The position numbers were made by a program, and so were the translations under genes. 64,000 bases of DNA from Candidatus Alistipes faecavium (GTDB lineage: Bacteria > Bacteroidota > Bacteroidia > Bacteroidales > Rikenellaceae): the NCBI GenBank assembly GCA_019118605.1, contig DWYP01000018.1:1102-65101 (forward strand). Direction: 5' to 3'. Every line of letters starts with the position of its first letter. Position 1 is the stretch's first letter. The notes beneath the pieces were generated by a model. That model was not told the origin of the DNA and made no database searches. It was given only the letters and a program-made list of their open reading frames with translations. Below are positions 62,602 to 64,000 of the stretch, piece by piece.

Positions 62602-62838
62602 TCATTCTTTTTGTTTCACTCTCTCGCGGATCCGGCGGGCCGAGCCCGGGAGCCGTCCTTCGACGGCATCGGCGGCACGGAGGGTCGTCTCCTTCATTCT
62701 GTTTCCGGCCCGGGCGTGTTGTCCCCGGGCGCAACGTGTGGCGGCGTCGATCCGCCCGGCCAGGAGGTCCACGGCCTCCTTGGCTGCTTCGGCGGTCCGG
62801 TCGATCCGGGCGTCGATCCTTTCACGGTCCATACGCAT
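62602..62838 (-). CDS. small charged helical protein, unknown function
   Basis: 78 aa rich in Arg/Ala/Glu/Asp. Starts 6 nt after the stop of the yeaQ-like gene, so operon-like. No motif recognised. Confidence 0.45.
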   Translation of the reverse strand: MRMDRERIDARIDRTAEAAKEAVDLLAGRIDAATRCARGQHARAGNRMKETTLRAADAVEGRLPGSARRIRERVKQKE

Positions 62839-62844
62839 CGGAGC

Positions 62845-63096
62845 TCAGCGGATCCGGCGGTGGTTGACGATGGCGGCGATCCACAGCAGGACGACCGCTC
62901 CGATGACGGCCGTTGCGAGGCTTCCGAGGGTTCCCACGGGCACCAGCCCGAGGAGCGAGAGGATCCAGCCTCCGAGCAGTCCTCCGACGAGTCCGACGAT
63001 GAGGTTGCCCAGCAGTCCTGCGCTGCCGCCCTTGACGATCAGGTTGGCGAGCCACCCGGCCGCCAGACCGATCAGAAGATACCATATAAAATACAT
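62845..63096 (-). CDS. GlsB/YeaQ/YmgE family stress-response membrane protein
   Basis: 83 aa: MYFIWYLLIGLAAGWLANLIVKGGSAGLLGNLIVGLVGGLLGGWILSLLG, with Gly-zipper helices. ATG confirmed at 63096. The track ORF is extended to 63441. Confidence 0.85.
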   Translation of the reverse strand: MYFIWYLLIGLAAGWLANLIVKGGSAGLLGNLIVGLVGGLLGGWILSLLGLVPVGTLGSLATAVIGAVVLLWIAAIVNHRRIR

Positions 63097-63184
63097 AGCG
63101 CCAAAAATTTGTTCGATTCCGGAGGGGTGCAAAATCCGTTCCGAAACCGTGCCGCGCGTAGGCGAATCTTCCCGGCGGAGGTTG

Positions 63185-63287
63185 TTGCAAATCCTCCTGC
63201 CCGGCGGCCGTTGCAAAACCTCCCGGACAGCGGCCGTTGCGAATCTTTCCGTCCGGCGGCCTTGCGAATCTTCCCGTCCGGCGGCCG
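63185..63287. repeat. tandem 25-26-bp repeats (four clear copies plus degenerate flanking copies)
   Basis: TTGCAAATCCTCCTGCCCGGCGGCCG at 63185. TTGCAAAACCTCCCGGACAGCGGCCG at 63211. TTGCGAATCTTTCCGTCCGGCGGCC at 63237. TTGCGAATCTTCCCGTCCGGCGGCCG at 63262. There is a degenerate copy from about 63160 and a partial TTGCGGGG at 63288. Confidence 0.88.
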
Positions 63288-63316
63288 TTGCGGGGTCGGG
63301 TGGGGGATGCCGCGGC

Positions 63317-63565
63317 TCAGAGGGCCTTTTCCAGGGCCTGCGCGAGCTGGTCGGGACACGAGGTTCCCTTCCCGCGGCAGTCGATTCCCCGGAGCCGTGC
63401 GACGGCCTCCGCGGCCGGCATGCCGCACACGAGGGCCGCAACGCCCTGGGTGTTCCCGTGGCACCCTCCCGTGAAGGCGACGCGGCGAATGACGCCGTCC
63501 TCGAGGTCGATGTCGATTTGTCGCGAGCAGGTGCCCTGGCACGTATGGCTGATATGGCGTATCAT
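63317..63565 (-). CDS. TSCPD-domain small protein (TIGR03905-like)
   Basis: 82 aa: MIRHISHTCQGTCSRQIDIDLEDGVIRRVAFTGGCHGNTQG...CRGKGTSCPDQLAQAL. ATG confirmed at 63565. Confidence 0.8.
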   Translation of the reverse strand: MIRHISHTCQGTCSRQIDIDLEDGVIRRVAFTGGCHGNTQGVAALVCGMPAAEAVARLRGIDCRGKGTSCPDQLAQALEKAL

Positions 63566-63670
63566 GGCTGACGGTCTGTTGGCGGCCCAAAGGTACGAAT
63601 CGGCGGGGTAAAAACCAAAAAAACGGGGGTTGAGATGCAACCCCCGTCGATATTTTCCCGCTCCGGCGGA

Positions 63671-63997
63671 CTATTGGCGCTGGAGATCCGAGTTGTCGGC
63701 CACGACCATGTTCTTGTCGATGCGCAGCGTGACGTTGCTGTCGACCTCGATGAGCAGCGAGGTCTCCTTGACCTCCTTGACGGTGCCGTAGATACCTCCG
63801 GCGGTGATTACCTTGTCGCCTTTTTTCAGGCCGTCGCGGAAGGCCTGCATCTGCTTGCGGCGCTTGGCCTCGGGACGCCACATGAAGAGCCACAGGACGA
63901 GCACCATGAGGGCGATCGTGATGATGAAGCCGTACTGCTGCATGAAGGTGGGATTCTGCATGGGATCCACGGGTGGCGTTTGAAGGAAATTGATCAT
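63671..63997 (-). CDS. yajC: preprotein translocase subunit YajC
   Basis: 108 aa with one transmembrane helix. Carries WRPEAKRRKQMQAFRDGLKKGDKVITAGGIYGTVKEV, typical of YajC. Confidence 0.9.
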   Translation of the reverse strand: MINFLQTPPVDPMQNPTFMQQYGFIITIALMVLVLWLFMWRPEAKRRKQMQAFRDGLKKGDKVITAGGIYGTVKEVKETSLLIEVDSNVTLRIDKNMVVADNSDLQRQ

Positions 63998-64000
63998 AAC

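Noticed and set aside
63185-63287. Tandem 26-bp repeats considered as a CRISPR array
   Set aside because: The copies are contiguous with no unique spacers, the unit is degenerate, and no cas genes are in the window.

Overview
GC-rich Bacteroidota chromosomal segment. The evidence is Sus-type outer-membrane systems, many lipoproteins with acidic residues after the lipobox Cys, and TAnnTTTG promoter boxes. Composition and gene content look Alistipes/Rikenellaceae-like, but that is an inference. I support about 50 genes and one tRNA. I saw no transposase, integrase, CRISPR array or recognisable defence gene. Housekeeping genes: tsaC-like, GT2, M16 peptidase, acyl-ACP thioesterase, GT4, MFS transporter, TPR protein, era, ffh, NhaD antiporter, tRNA-Gln(UUG), glsB/yeaQ-like, TSCPD protein, yajC. 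There are three accessory blocks. (i) 2.9-11.7 kb is a SusD-less TonB-receptor operon with a NucA-type endonuclease lipoprotein, an EEP-fold nuclease/phosphatase and two OB-like surface lipoproteins. It is my best candidate for an uncharacterised system, namely extracellular nucleic-acid capture and import. (ii) 16.8-36.1 kb is a 19-kb co-directional array: ECF sigma, anti-sigma, SusC with signalling domain, SusD, two small EEP phosphodiesterase-like paralogs interleaved with two unknown lipoproteins, two diverged GH89 alpha-N-acetylglucosaminidases, a Ser-type sulfatase, glycerate kinase and a GntP permease. (iii) 43.6-59.0 kb is a SusC/SusD/DUF4843-like/BACON unit with no glycoside hydrolase. 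After a terminator it is followed by a tight operon of two leucine-rich-repeat lipoproteins, an S8 subtilase, a DUF1573 protein and a lipocalin-like lipoprotein. Non-coding oddities: a G9 tract inside the 5' end of the second susC, a phased T-tract repeat plus (TCCG)n block between ffh and era, five 26-bp tandem repeats upstream of the yeaQ-like gene, and a 780-bp gene-free spacer upstream of susC. Many very long ORFs in the track (up to 1379 aa) are antisense shadows of real genes and are rejected. All family names come from motif recognition by eye and need HMM or structure confirmation.
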